Positions 48,319 through 58,729 of a stretch of 64,000 nt of DNA are shown here, piece after piece. Source of the stretch: Bacteroidetes bacterium OLB10 (lineage in GTDB: Bacteria > Bacteroidota > Bacteroidia > AKYH767-A > OLB10); NCBI GenBank assembly GCA_001567275.1, contig LNBX01000040.1, forward strand, positions 7,169 through 71,168. The letters are read 5' to 3'. The position numbers were made by a program, and so were the translations under genes. Every line of letters starts with the position of its first letter. The stretch's first letter is position 1. The notes under the pieces are model-generated. The model searched no databases. It worked only from the letters and a program-made list of their open reading frames with translations, and was not told where the DNA came from.

Positions 48319-49683
48319 TTATAGTTTTAAAAATTTCAGATTGATAATTTCCGATTCTGAAATTACAGCCAGGTGATAAACTCCATTGCTAAGTCCTGTA
48401 AGTTGCAGCTGATAACGAGTGTTGTCTGTATGTATTTTTCTGATGGTTTTTCCGGTAATATCTGAAAGAATCATTTCAACATTGCCAACAGGATGGTTGC
48501 TCACGAGAGTTATCACATCAGTTGCAGGATTAGGATAAATCTGCCAGCCGGAAGCTGACAGTGCACTCACACTGCTGATGATAACACTGTGACAGGAAGA
48601 AGTATCGCTACAGCCATTGGCACCAATTACAACTGCGTAAGTGCCATTAGCGGTGGGTGTAAAACTCTGACTGATGGCTCCCGGTACCGGAGTGTTGTTC
48701 AGGCAGTTTATCCACTGATAAGTTGCTCCGTTTTGATTAGCAGTCAGTGTATTTTGGTTTTGTGTAACTGAGGTATCATTCTGTGTAAGAATTATTTTTA
48801 TGGTTGAATCGCAGTTTACTGAAGAAGTATAGGTGAAGGTATAGGTGCCCGGCTGACTTATAAGCTGACCGTTGTAAGGATAGGATTGCCCTACACATAG
48901 ATATGCAGTAATCACGGTGCTGTTGTCAATTCCGTCAACGAAATTGGAGCTAGTACCTGTCAGATTAAATCCGGACAGAACTCCATTGACGTTGAGTTTT
49001 TTATCCGGAACAACTCCAATGCCTGTGTTGTTTCCTCCGGCTACACCGGTATTCATGTCGTAATACATCTGCAATCCGTTTGAATTGATGTCAATTTTGT
49101 TTTTATACAAACACATCACTTCTTCCGCAGTGAGACTTCTGTTCCAAAGCCCTACTTCGTCCACCTTGCCATCAAGGTAGTAGTTGGTTCCCTGATACAA
49201 CAGATTACCTACCAAAAACGACTGAGTTGAAGTGTTGATGGTGCCTGATGCAGGAACTGAGTCGGTAATTACACCATTACGATACACACGCAGATAAGAG
49301 CCATCATACGTCATGGCATAATGTTGCCAGGTGTTTAACTGCATTCCATTCGAAATAATATTGTACTGAATACCTGAACTATTGGTAAACCGTGCCTCTA
49401 TGGATGAAGAGGTGTATTGCAACAAATAAAAATCGGCAAACAGATTATCACGGAATCCTATTATTCCATCAAAATCAGGAAATGTTGGTGCGGGATTTCG
49501 GGGATACACCCAGCAGGCAATACTCATCTGCGGTGAACCTGTGATTAAGGATGAAGCGTTAAATGCCTCCACCTGATCATCAATGCCATCAAAATCAAGA
49601 GCATTTTCAGTTTGTGCCTGTGCAATTACAGACAGTAGTATAGCAACAAGAGTTACCATTGAATAACGTATAAACTGTTTCAT
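48319..49683 (-). CDS. Secreted LamG/concanavalin-like domain protein with T9SS C-terminal sorting domain
   Basis: Signal peptide MKQFIRYSMVTLVAILLSVIAQAQ. Jelly-roll/LamG-like region (…FDGIDDQVE…SIACWVYP…). C-terminal …WQIYPNPATDVITL…ILSDITGKTI…GVYHLAV… is a T9SS CTD. Confidence 0.65.
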   Translation of the reverse strand: MKQFIRYSMVTLVAILLSVIAQAQTENALDFDGIDDQVEAFNASSLITGSPQMSIACWVYPRNPAPTFPDFDGIIGFRDNLFADFYLLQYTSSSIEARFTNSSGIQYNIISNGMQLNTWQHYAMTYDGSYLRVYRNGVITDSVPASGTINTSTQSFLVGNLLYQGTNYYLDGKVDEVGLWNRSLTAEEVMCLYKNKIDINSNGLQMYYDMNTGVAGGNNTGIGVVPDKKLNVNGVLSGFNLTGTSSNFVDGIDNSTVITAYLCVGQSYPYNGQLISQPGTYTFTYTSSVNCDSTIKIILTQNDTSVTQNQNTLTANQNGATYQWINCLNNTPVPGAISQSFTPTANGTYAVVIGANGCSDTSSCHSVIISSVSALSASGWQIYPNPATDVITLVSNHPVGNVEMILSDITGKTIRKIHTDNTRYQLQLTGLSNGVYHLAVISESEIINLKFLKL

Positions 49684-49856
49684 GATTTTTAAATTTAAAA
49701 CGTAAAGGTAATGATTCTGAAAAGACATGTATGAAATTCTTCAACATTAACCCTTCACTCAGTTTGTCATCAGATGAATATTGAAGTAACTTATTGAAGG
49801 AGTGTTCGTACTATGTTTTGTTTTTACTAATATTGTGTAATTATAACTAAAGAATC

Positions 49857-50717
49857 ATGGGAAAAATAGAAAGAAGAAGTAAACTCACTTTCAGGGAATT
49901 TATGAATGAATACATTATTCCCAACAAGCCTGTCATACTAACCGATCAGTCAAAAGACTGGAAGGCATACAATGTATTCACACCTGAATTTTTTAAGAAA
50001 AACTTTCCGGACAAGACAGCAACCATTAAGGGCAAAGAATATAAACTCGGAGAGTATGTGGATATGATGCTGGCTTCCACGCCTGAAAATCCTGCGCCTT
50101 ATCCTTTTAAAGTAGATATAGACAGAAAATTCAGCGAACTGCTTGAATATGTGCAGCCTGATTTTGAAGTGATGCGCAAGAACAGACTGAAAAGCCCCAT
50201 GTTCCGTAATGGACTTATTCCACAGGCGGCAACGCTCGAAGTATTTTTTGGCGGTGCTGCAGGATGGTTTCCTTATCTGCATTATGATTTATATGGTTTA
50301 TATGCGATTGTTACACAGGTTTACGGACATAAAGAGTTCATCCTCTACAAACCCGAAGAAGGAAAATATATGTATCCCGATCCTGAACATCCCTGGAAAT
50401 CAACTATTGAAGAATATTACAATCCCAATTACGAAAAGTATCCTTTGTTTAAGAACGCTAACCCGATGAGTGATGTAGTAGCTCCCGGTGAAACAGTGTT
50501 TGTGCCCAAAGGTTGGTGGCATACAGCGCGTTCCATGGAGCCTACAATTTCCATTGCTAAAGATTTGCTGGTACATCAAAACTGGGACCTGTTCAGTAAA
50601 GATGTGGTGTTTTACAAGAGAAAACAAAGTCCTGTTAAAGCGAATATTATGGTTGGATATCTCAAAGCACTTGATATGGGAATGGGAATACATGAAAAGT
50701 TTATCAGTAAATATTAA
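49857..50717 (+). CDS. JmjC/cupin-like domain protein (putative 2OG-Fe(II) oxygenase fold)
   Basis: …WFPYLHYD… and …VFVPKGWWHTARS… resemble the His-x-Asp/…His facial triad of Cupin_8/JmjC proteins. Confidence 0.5.
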   Translation: MGKIERRSKLTFREFMNEYIIPNKPVILTDQSKDWKAYNVFTPEFFKKNFPDKTATIKGKEYKLGEYVDMMLASTPENPAPYPFKVDIDRKFSELLEYVQPDFEVMRKNRLKSPMFRNGLIPQAATLEVFFGGAAGWFPYLHYDLYGLYAIVTQVYGHKEFILYKPEEGKYMYPDPEHPWKSTIEEYYNPNYEKYPLFKNANPMSDVVAPGETVFVPKGWWHTARSMEPTISIAKDLLVHQNWDLFSKDVVFYKRKQSPVKANIMVGYLKALDMGMGIHEKFISKY

Positions 50718-51078
50718 ACTTACTGAAATGATTTGTTAAATATTGATTGTGTCATTCACATTGGAACAGAAGATGAATGAATGTTGATAAGTGATATATG
50801 ATACGTATTTTAGTGTGGTAGTGTAATATTCAGAATAACTTGTGGGAGGCAAATGTTCCGTAAATTTAAACACAACAATTTCTGAATTATCACTCGCACA
50901 AAACAATATTAATTATTTGTTGTTCTATTAACTGGATCGTGAACGAAGAGAAAATAAAATAAAAAAAAATTCAAATCTTCATTGTTTGTTAAGAAATATG
51001 TTGTACTTTAGCATCGCAAAATTGAAGTAACACACACAAAGATATTTTTTTCATAGGGTTAGTTTTAGGTTACGAATA

Positions 51079-51109
51079 GGGGGCTCAACGGAGCTCCCTT
51101 TCGTTTTTT
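51079..51109 (+). terminator. Orphan Rho-independent terminator (gggggctc-aacg-gagctccc + tttcgtttttt) ~360 bp downstream of the JmjC gene
   Basis: 8-bp GC-rich stem (one G·U) followed by a T-run. Immediately upstream of the next plus-strand gene. Confidence 0.5.
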
Positions 51110-51148
51110 AGTCACTTTGTGTTTGGTCTAATAAATTATTTTTGTACT

Positions 51149-51595
51149 ATGAAAAAACGAATAGCATTTCTTTCATTGAGTCTGATGCTGATTGCTGCAT
51201 TGAAATTGAATGCGCAGCAGGCTCCTACTACCTCAGCAGAATATCTTTATGGGTCGGTTGGATATAAACTGCAGCTTAATAATAAACTGCCCATGAAAGA
51301 AGGTTATACCCTTCGCGATTTTTCGCCTGTGGTAGAAGATACTCGTCAGGTAGAATTCAAAGGTTTATATCGCAATGGAGAAAAAATTCCCTGTGCAGTG
51401 ATTATGATTTACACAAGGCTTCGCATGGCACCTCAGTATTATTGTATTCCATCTGCCGATGCTGATGCAGAATTGTGGAAGAAGTTTAATGCAAGCTTGC
51501 TTGACGACTCTGAAAATCAGCAACCGCAATTGCAGTTTTTTGCATACTGCATAGCACATCTTTCTGCTCAACTTGCAATGAACAATGGGAAATAA
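51149..51595 (+). CDS. Hypothetical secreted protein
   Basis: Signal peptide MKKRIAFLSLSLMLIAALKLNAQQ. No recognised domain. Confidence 0.45.
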   Translation: MKKRIAFLSLSLMLIAALKLNAQQAPTTSAEYLYGSVGYKLQLNNKLPMKEGYTLRDFSPVVEDTRQVEFKGLYRNGEKIPCAVIMIYTRLRMAPQYYCIPSADADAELWKKFNASLLDDSENQQPQLQFFAYCIAHLSAQLAMNNGK

Positions 51596-51596
51596 A

Positions 51597-52343
51597 ATGT
51601 CGGCAATAGCTGTTATCCCTGCACGATACAACAGCACACGCTTTCCGGGAAAGCCATTGACCGATATTGGCGGACAAAGTATGTTGCAGCGCGTATATCA
51701 TCAAACTCAAAAGGCAAAAAATATTCAGCGCATAATTATTGCTACTGATGACAACAGGATTCAGGAACATGCATCATCTTTTGGCGCAGAAGTAATGATG
51801 ACATCAGATCGACATCCTTCAGGCACTGACCGCATTGCCGAAGTAATATCCAAACTGAATGAGTTGTATGATATTGTAGTAAATGTGCAGGGTGATGAAC
51901 CGTTTATCAATCCATCGCAGATTGATGCACTGGTTGATTTGTTCAGCAATGTGAACGTTGACATCGCTACGATGGTGAAACCACTCAGTGGAATTCAGGA
52001 ATATGAAAACCCAAATGTGGTGAAAGCAGTGATGGCCGATAATGGGAAAGTTCTTTATTTCAGTCGCAGCAATATTCCTCATTTCAGAAGGGGATATAAT
52101 GATCAGACATTCTCGTCCGTTACAGGATACAAGCACCTTGGTATGTATGCATACCGCAGCAGTGTTCTCAGTAAACTTGCCAAACTTGCACCATCGTCAC
52201 TGGAACAGGCAGAACAACTGGAGCAACTTCGCTGGCTTCAGAATGGTTTTAGTATCAGTGCCTGCATCACCCATGAAGAAACCATTGCCATTGACACACC
52301 GGATGATTTACAACGGGCAGTCATGTTTTTGAAACAGAGATAG
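51597..52343 (+). CDS. kdsB: 3-deoxy-manno-octulosonate cytidylyltransferase (CMP-KDO synthetase)
   Basis: MSAIAVIPARYNSTRFPGKPL N-terminus. ~248 aa. The alternative ATG at 51585 overlaps the upstream stop. Confidence 0.9.
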   Translation: MSAIAVIPARYNSTRFPGKPLTDIGGQSMLQRVYHQTQKAKNIQRIIIATDDNRIQEHASSFGAEVMMTSDRHPSGTDRIAEVISKLNELYDIVVNVQGDEPFINPSQIDALVDLFSNVNVDIATMVKPLSGIQEYENPNVVKAVMADNGKVLYFSRSNIPHFRRGYNDQTFSSVTGYKHLGMYAYRSSVLSKLAKLAPSSLEQAEQLEQLRWLQNGFSISACITHEETIAIDTPDDLQRAVMFLKQR

Positions 52344-52417
52344 AATAATCATTTACTTAAAGCAAATGTTTTTTTACATTCAAAGTTTTACTTTTACACC
52401 TCTTAATATTTATTGTT

Positions 52418-54463
52418 ATGCTAAAAAATTTATGTGCAGCAGTATTGCTGCTGATTGCTACAGGCGCACACAGTCAAAATAAACTTACTCCCGAAACACT
52501 CTGGAAACTGGGTCGCGTTGGCGAAGCAGCATTATCACCTGATGGGAAAACAGTAGTTTATACTGTGCGTACTTTTGATTTACATTCTAACAAAGGCAAT
52601 ACGGATATTTATAAAATTCCTGTTACGGGAGGGCAACCTACTTTACTTGCAGGAGAATCAGCTGATGAAACTGCACCACAATGGAGTGCTGACGGAAAGA
52701 AAATTTATTTTCTGAGTAACAAAGGAGGAGTGAATGGACTTTACGTAATGGATGCTTCAGGTTCAGGTATGAAACGACTGACCAATTACGGTGATGATAT
52801 TTCTTGTTTTGGAATATCGCCTGCCGGAAACAGAATCTGGCTTACTCGTGATGTTAAAATTGATAAGAACGCTCACGATTTATACCCTGATTTACCTCTG
52901 GCAACAGGGCGTATTTACGATGACCTCATGTATCGCCACTGGACACAATGGGAAGATGGATTGTACTCACATGTTTTTGTTGGAAGTTTTGTAAATGATG
53001 AAGTAGGTAACCTAACCGACATACAAGCCGGTGAACATTTTGATACACCTATGCAACCACATGGAGGTAGCGAACAAATAGCATGGAGTGCTGATGGAAA
53101 AAAACTGGCTTACACCTGCAAAAAACTTTCAGGAAAGGAATATGCGGTAAGTACCAATTCGGACATTTACCTGTATGATTTTGAAACAGGAAAAACTGAA
53201 AACATATCAGCAAGTAATTTGGGTTATGATATAAATCCTGCATTTTCATCTGATGGCAACAGTATGATGTGGCTCAGTATGAAAACACCGGGCTACGAAG
53301 CTGACCGTAACAGAATTCTTATTTATCATCTGGATTCAAAAAAAATTATTGAAGCCACTGCCGGATTTGATTATAGTGTGGAAAGTGCAAAGTGGGCGGC
53401 TGATGGCAAACGTATTTATTTTATTTCAGGAATTAATGCTACTGAACAGTTGTGGGTGTATGACGGCCGTTTACGCAGTTATCCGCCTGTAATGCAACTC
53501 ACACATGATGTGGCTGACTATACAGATTTTTCATTCGCTGCAGATCCTAAAATTACCTACGCTATCACTACAAGAATGTCTATTTCATCACCTTCGGAAT
53601 TATATAAAACAGATTTAAAAACCGGTGTGTCAACTCCGCTTACTGCAACCAACGAAGCAGTACTTAAAAACATCAAAATGGGAAAAGTAGAAAAACGAAT
53701 GGTGAAAGCGACTGATGGAAAAGAAATTCTTACCTGGGTAATTTATCCTCCCGATTTTGATGCATCCAAAAAATATCCTGCACTGCTTTACTGTCAGGGA
53801 GGCCCACAGAGCACGGTATCACAATTTTTCAGCTACCGTTGGAATTTTCAACTGATGGCAGCTAATGGTTATATCATTGTTGCACCCAACAGAAGAGGAT
53901 TACCTTCTTTCGGAACAGAATGGAACCATGAGATTTCAGGTGACTGGGGAGGACAGTGCATGAGAGATTATCTTTCAGCTATTGACTCAATGAGCAACCT
54001 TCCTTTTGTTAACAAAGATAAACTTGGAGCAGTGGGCGCCAGCTTTGGTGGCTACAGTGTTTACTGGCTTGCAGGGCATCATCAAAAACGCTTTAAAACA
54101 TTTATAGCCCATTGTGGTGTATTTAATCTCGAGAGTATGTATGGTACTACCGAAGAGTTGTGGTTTACGGATTATGATTTGGGAGGACCATACTGGCAGA
54201 CTCCAAAACCAAAATCTTACACACAGTTCTCGCCAAATGATTATGTAAAAAACTGGGATACTCCCATACTCATCATTCAGAATGAAAAAGATTTCAGAGT
54301 GCCACTGGGTCAGGGAATGGAAGCATTCACTGCAGCGCGCTATCAGAATATTCCTGCCAAATTTCTTACTTATCCTGATGAGGGGCATTGGGTTACTAAA
54401 CCACAAAACAGTGTATTGTGGCAACGAATATTTTTTGACTGGCTCGATCGTTATCTGAAGTAA
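52418..54463 (+). CDS. S9-family serine peptidase (prolyl oligopeptidase/DPP-like) with N-terminal beta-propeller
   Basis: Signal peptide. TolB-like propeller repeats. Nucleophile elbow GASFGGY. C-terminal Asp/His (…DEGHW…). Confidence 0.85.
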   Translation: MLKNLCAAVLLLIATGAHSQNKLTPETLWKLGRVGEAALSPDGKTVVYTVRTFDLHSNKGNTDIYKIPVTGGQPTLLAGESADETAPQWSADGKKIYFLSNKGGVNGLYVMDASGSGMKRLTNYGDDISCFGISPAGNRIWLTRDVKIDKNAHDLYPDLPLATGRIYDDLMYRHWTQWEDGLYSHVFVGSFVNDEVGNLTDIQAGEHFDTPMQPHGGSEQIAWSADGKKLAYTCKKLSGKEYAVSTNSDIYLYDFETGKTENISASNLGYDINPAFSSDGNSMMWLSMKTPGYEADRNRILIYHLDSKKIIEATAGFDYSVESAKWAADGKRIYFISGINATEQLWVYDGRLRSYPPVMQLTHDVADYTDFSFAADPKITYAITTRMSISSPSELYKTDLKTGVSTPLTATNEAVLKNIKMGKVEKRMVKATDGKEILTWVIYPPDFDASKKYPALLYCQGGPQSTVSQFFSYRWNFQLMAANGYIIVAPNRRGLPSFGTEWNHEISGDWGGQCMRDYLSAIDSMSNLPFVNKDKLGAVGASFGGYSVYWLAGHHQKRFKTFIAHCGVFNLESMYGTTEELWFTDYDLGGPYWQTPKPKSYTQFSPNDYVKNWDTPILIIQNEKDFRVPLGQGMEAFTAARYQNIPAKFLTYPDEGHWVTKPQNSVLWQRIFFDWLDRYLK

Positions 54464-54519
54464 TTACGTTTCTGTTAAAAAGAGATTCTTCAGAAAAAAT
54501 TATTGCAGTGTAGATTTTC

Positions 54520-55137
54520 TCAGCTGAGTGAATACATGATAAAAAAGTATTCACATACAAATCCTGCAAGAAATCCTGCATACAACTGCCAGGGAGTGTG
54601 TGCTCCATGCAGCAGCCGGGCAGATGCTACTAAACCTGACAGAATGAAACATAGTATCATTGGTAATATGAACTCATTGCCTAACAAAACAGAAAGCACA
54701 TAAAGTGCTCCTGTCATTCCACCTAAACCAATGAGGTGAATACTGATTTTCCAGAAAAAGTTAATGATAAAGGCAAGTGCAATACAACAGGCTGCAGCCA
54801 GAATAAGAATTTTGATGACGGAAGAAACAGGAAGTTTCAAGAGAAAATAATAGCAGGCTACATAATAAATCAAGGTAAAGAAATAAGGAACATAACGCGA
54901 TTTACGGTCTTCCATAAGCAGACTTTGCAAACCTCCTCTGCGCAGCAGCAATACCGATGAAAGCAGTGGCATCAGAAAGGTAAGAACAAAAATGGTGATG
55001 AGAATAATGCGCTGTAAGGAAGGTGAAAGCGTATAAGCTAAATAAGTATTACTTCTGAACAGAAGCAACATAAGATAAGTGGGAATCAGCAACGGATGCG
55101 ACAACCAGGTCAGTAAATTTAAAAACCGGTTGAACAT
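54520..55137 (-). CDS. Polytopic membrane protein, possibly PAP2-like phosphatase
   Basis: Six predicted TM helices. Weak PAP2-like motifs (…SIHLIGLGG…, …ARLLHGAHTPWQ…). Confidence 0.35.
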   Translation of the reverse strand: MFNRFLNLLTWLSHPLLIPTYLMLLLFRSNTYLAYTLSPSLQRIILITIFVLTFLMPLLSSVLLLRRGGLQSLLMEDRKSRYVPYFFTLIYYVACYYFLLKLPVSSVIKILILAAACCIALAFIINFFWKISIHLIGLGGMTGALYVLSVLLGNEFILPMILCFILSGLVASARLLHGAHTPWQLYAGFLAGFVCEYFFIMYSLS

Positions 55138-55140
55138 TTT

Positions 55141-56671
55141 CTATAATTCTTTTCGTAAACGAGCCACAGGAATGTTCAGTTGCTCACGGTATTTTGCAAT
55201 AGTTCTTCGTGCTACATTATAACCTTTATCATTCAGAATTTTTGCCAGCTGATCATCAGGTAGTGGTTTGCGTTTGTCTTCGCCTTCAATAGCATCAGAA
55301 AGTATTTTCTTTACTTCACGCGTACTCACTTCCTCACCTGAATCGGTTGCCATTCCTTCAGAGAAAAATGTTTTAAGCAAAAAATGTTCCGAATGGTGTT
55401 TGCACATACTTGCTGTTGGCAACACGCGAAACGGTAGAAATATCCAGCCCCACAATATCTGCAATATCTTTCAGGATCATCGGCTTAAGAAGTTTCTCAT
55501 CCCCTTCCTGAAAATAATCAATCTGATAATTCATAATAGCCTGCATGGTATGCAGCAATGTTGCCTGACGTTGCTTGATGGCATCAATAAACCATTTGGC
55601 CGAATCAATTTTTTGTTTCAGATATAAAATAGCTTCTTTTTGTGAGCGGTCATGTTTTTTGCTGTTTGCATAACCTTCCATCATCTCATTATACTCTCGG
55701 TTTATTCTCAGTTCCGGAGCATTTCTCGAATTGAGTGTAAGTTCCAGATGTCCATCATGGTTGGTAATGACAAAATCAGGAACTATATGTTGTACAGTTT
55801 TTGCATCTGCAGAAATATCACCACCCGGACGTGGATTCAGTTTCAGAATTTCCTGCATTGCTTCTTTCAGATATTCATCAGGAAGATTCATCAACCGCGC
55901 AATTTTCTCATAATGTTTTTTGGAGAATTCGTCCATATAATTTTTGATAATTTCTATGGCACGCTGAATGGCTTTGTTGTCTTTGTTTTTTCGTTGCAGT
56001 TGCAGCAGCAAACATTCCTGCAAATTACGAGCGCCTGTTCCCGGAGGGTCGAAGGTTTGAATCACCTGCAATACTTGTAATAACTCGTCAGATGTGGTAT
56101 GAATGTTTTGCGTAAATGCAAGATCGTTGACAATGGAATTGAGATCACGTCTGAGATAGCCGTCTTCGTCAAGACTGCCGATGAGGTGATGTGCAATGAG
56201 CTTTTGTTTTTCGTCAAGGTTCATCATTCCCAATTGCACCAGCAAAGTTTCCTGAAAAGTTACAGAGGCTCCTAAAGGCATTTCTGTACGCTCATCGTCA
56301 GGCGAAGAGTTGTTGGCATTGCTCTTGTAATATGGTACATCTTCATCCGTAATATAATCATCTACATCAAAGTCATCAGTATTTCGGTCTTTAATTTCTT
56401 CTTCAGCACTGTTGTCAAATTCATCTTTTTTATTGTCGTTGTCGTCTGAGCCTTCTTCTACTCCGTCATCAAGTTGAGTCTCTTCTTCGTCCTGCAGTTT
56501 TTCATCGTCAACATCTTCAGGGGCGCCTTCTTCCAGTGCTTCATTTGTTTCAAGTTCTTCTTTGATACGTTGTTCAAGGGCAACAGTAGGCAGTTGCAGC
56601 AGTTTCATCAGCTGAATCTGCTGTGGAGAAAGCTTTTGTAGTAATTTCTGTGATAAACTCTGCTTTAACAT
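55141..56671 (-). pseudogene. rpoN: RNA polymerase sigma-54 factor RpoN, interrupted by a 1-nt frameshift in an A6/T6 run (55379-55384)
   Basis: ORF 55373..56671 has Gln/Leu-rich region I (…LSPQQIQLMKLLQLP…) and the core-binding and DNA-binding domains up to …KYVQTPFGTFFA*. ORF 55141..55464 in the adjacent frame continues …LLKTFFSEG… to the RpoN box ARRTIAKYREQLNIP. Removing one T from acaTTTTTTgct restores TPFGTFLLKTFFSEG. Confidence 0.8.
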
Positions 56672-56887
56672 AATGAATTATCGGTGCCAAAATTAAAATT
56701 TTATACGTGGTTTTGGCTGAAATGGTTCTCAAACAAGTAAAATTAAAAAATTAAAAGAAGAAATGAATAGTAAGTATGATTTTTTACTTGTGTATGAGTG
56801 AAAAAAATGTTATACATTTGTACATTCGTTAAGCCTTCTGTACAGAGGGCTTAATTGTTTGATTGAATTTTTAAAGTGATTAGTAAC

Positions 56888-58729
56888 ATGTCAGAAATTG
56901 AAAAGGATTCTGCATTGAGCGAGAACCAAACCGTAAACGAAGTAAGTACAGAAAAAGAACTTACTGAGCAACCCTTGCATGAGGAGCATCAGGAACATGT
57001 GGCGGAGCCGGCTGAAAATTTCAGCAATCTCTCAAAGGAAGAGATGGTTAAGTTAGTCGAATCTTTTGCCGTTGCAGATATTACAGAGGTGAAATCTAAA
57101 GTACCTGCACTCAAGGAAGCATTTGACGCACTTTTGGAAACAGAAAAAACTGCAGCACTGTCAGCACATCTGGAGCAAGGTGGAGCCAAAGAAGATTTCA
57201 AATTTGAATACAGCAAGGACGATGACCGGTTTCAGGAAGCTTTAAGAAAATTCAATAAAAGAAAAGCAGAATATACTGCCGAGCAGGAAAAACTGCGCGA
57301 GGATAATCTGAAAGTAAAACAGGATATTCTCACTGAAATGAAAAACCTTATTCAGAATGAGGATAACATGCAACGTGCTTTTGAGCAGTTTCATGAGTTG
57401 CAGGCACGTTGGCGAAGTACAGGACCGGTACCTCAGGGCAAATTGCAGGATTTGTGGCTGACTTATAAACTTTACACTGACAAATTTTATGAGTTACTCA
57501 AAATAAACCGTGAGTTACAGGAGCTGGATTATAAAAGAAATCTGGATGCTAAAATTACTATTTGCGAAAAAGCAGAAGAACTGGTGAATGAACCATCTTT
57601 AAATACTGCATTACAGACACTGCAGTTTTTGCAAAATAAATGGCGCGAAACCGGACGTGTAAGCCATGATAAAAGTTCTGAAATATGGGAGCGATTTAAA
57701 GCTGCAGGTGATAAAGTATATGAGCGAAGAAGAGAATATTACAATCAACTGAAACAACGTTATGCTGAAAATCTTGAAGCAAAAAACAGTTTGATTGGAA
57801 AGCTGGAAGAGCTGATGAAAGAAGCACCTGTAAAAGCCAATGATTGGGTTGAAAGAGGAAAAGCTATTGTAGAATTGCAAAATGAGTGGAAGAAGATTGG
57901 TTATGCAGATAAGAAATCCAATGATGAAGTATGGGAAAAATTCAGAGGTATTTGTGACAAATTTTTCTCGGGTAAGAATGAATTTTTTACCAATCTGAAG
58001 AGAGAACATGCCGATAATCTTCAGGCAAAAAATGAACTGTGTATGCAGGCTGAAGCATTGGCAGAAAGCAGCGACTGGAAAAAAACTACCGAAGAACTCA
58101 AGCGGCTGCAGCAGGAATGGAAAAAAACAGGATCGGCAGGAGAGCGTCATAACCAAAAAGTGTGGGAACGTTTTCGCAAAGCCTGTGACGCATTTTTTGC
58201 ACGCAAGAGCGAACATTATACTTCACTTGAATCAGAATATAAAGAAAATCTCGAAAGGAAAAATGCACTGATTGAAAAAGCAGAGCAGTTTGTAGCCGGA
58301 GATAATGGTGACGAAACAGTAGAACAACTTAAAGAGTTGCAACGTGAGTGGAGTGCAATAGGAATGGTTCCGTTAGAACACAAGGACACTATTTATGCAC
58401 GTTTCAAAGCAGCTATTGATAAGCATTTTCAGGCTTTGCGTCAGCAAAATAAGGAGCGTTTTACCTCTCACAGCAGACCTGCATACAGAAGTGGGAAGCC
58501 CGGTAATGAAAAGAACGACATCAAGCATCGCATGAATCAGTTGTCAAGCGAAATCAATACATGGGAAAACAATCTTGGTTTTTTTGCCAAGTCGAAAAAT
58601 GCTGATGGCGTAAGAAAAGAATTTGAAGAAAAAATAAACAGAGCAAAAGAAGAAATTCAGCGCCTGAAAAAACAACTGGATACGATTGCTTTGCCGGCAA
58701 AAGAAGAAAAACCGGAAGACAAGCAATAA
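56888..58729 (+). CDS. DUF349 repeat protein (about six copies of W-x-GxxxxxxxxxxWERF+xACDxFF units)
   Basis: Repeats visible directly: …WRSTGPVP…, WRETGRVS…WERFKAAGDKVY, WKKIGYAD…WEKFRGICDKFF, WKKTGSAG…WERFRKACDAFF, WSAIGMVP…YARFKAAIDKHF. Confidence 0.8.
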   Translation: MSEIEKDSALSENQTVNEVSTEKELTEQPLHEEHQEHVAEPAENFSNLSKEEMVKLVESFAVADITEVKSKVPALKEAFDALLETEKTAALSAHLEQGGAKEDFKFEYSKDDDRFQEALRKFNKRKAEYTAEQEKLREDNLKVKQDILTEMKNLIQNEDNMQRAFEQFHELQARWRSTGPVPQGKLQDLWLTYKLYTDKFYELLKINRELQELDYKRNLDAKITICEKAEELVNEPSLNTALQTLQFLQNKWRETGRVSHDKSSEIWERFKAAGDKVYERRREYYNQLKQRYAENLEAKNSLIGKLEELMKEAPVKANDWVERGKAIVELQNEWKKIGYADKKSNDEVWEKFRGICDKFFSGKNEFFTNLKREHADNLQAKNELCMQAEALAESSDWKKTTEELKRLQQEWKKTGSAGERHNQKVWERFRKACDAFFARKSEHYTSLESEYKENLERKNALIEKAEQFVAGDNGDETVEQLKELQREWSAIGMVPLEHKDTIYARFKAAIDKHFQALRQQNKERFTSHSRPAYRSGKPGNEKNDIKHRMNQLSSEINTWENNLGFFAKSKNADGVRKEFEEKINRAKEEIQRLKKQLDTIALPAKEEKPEDKQ

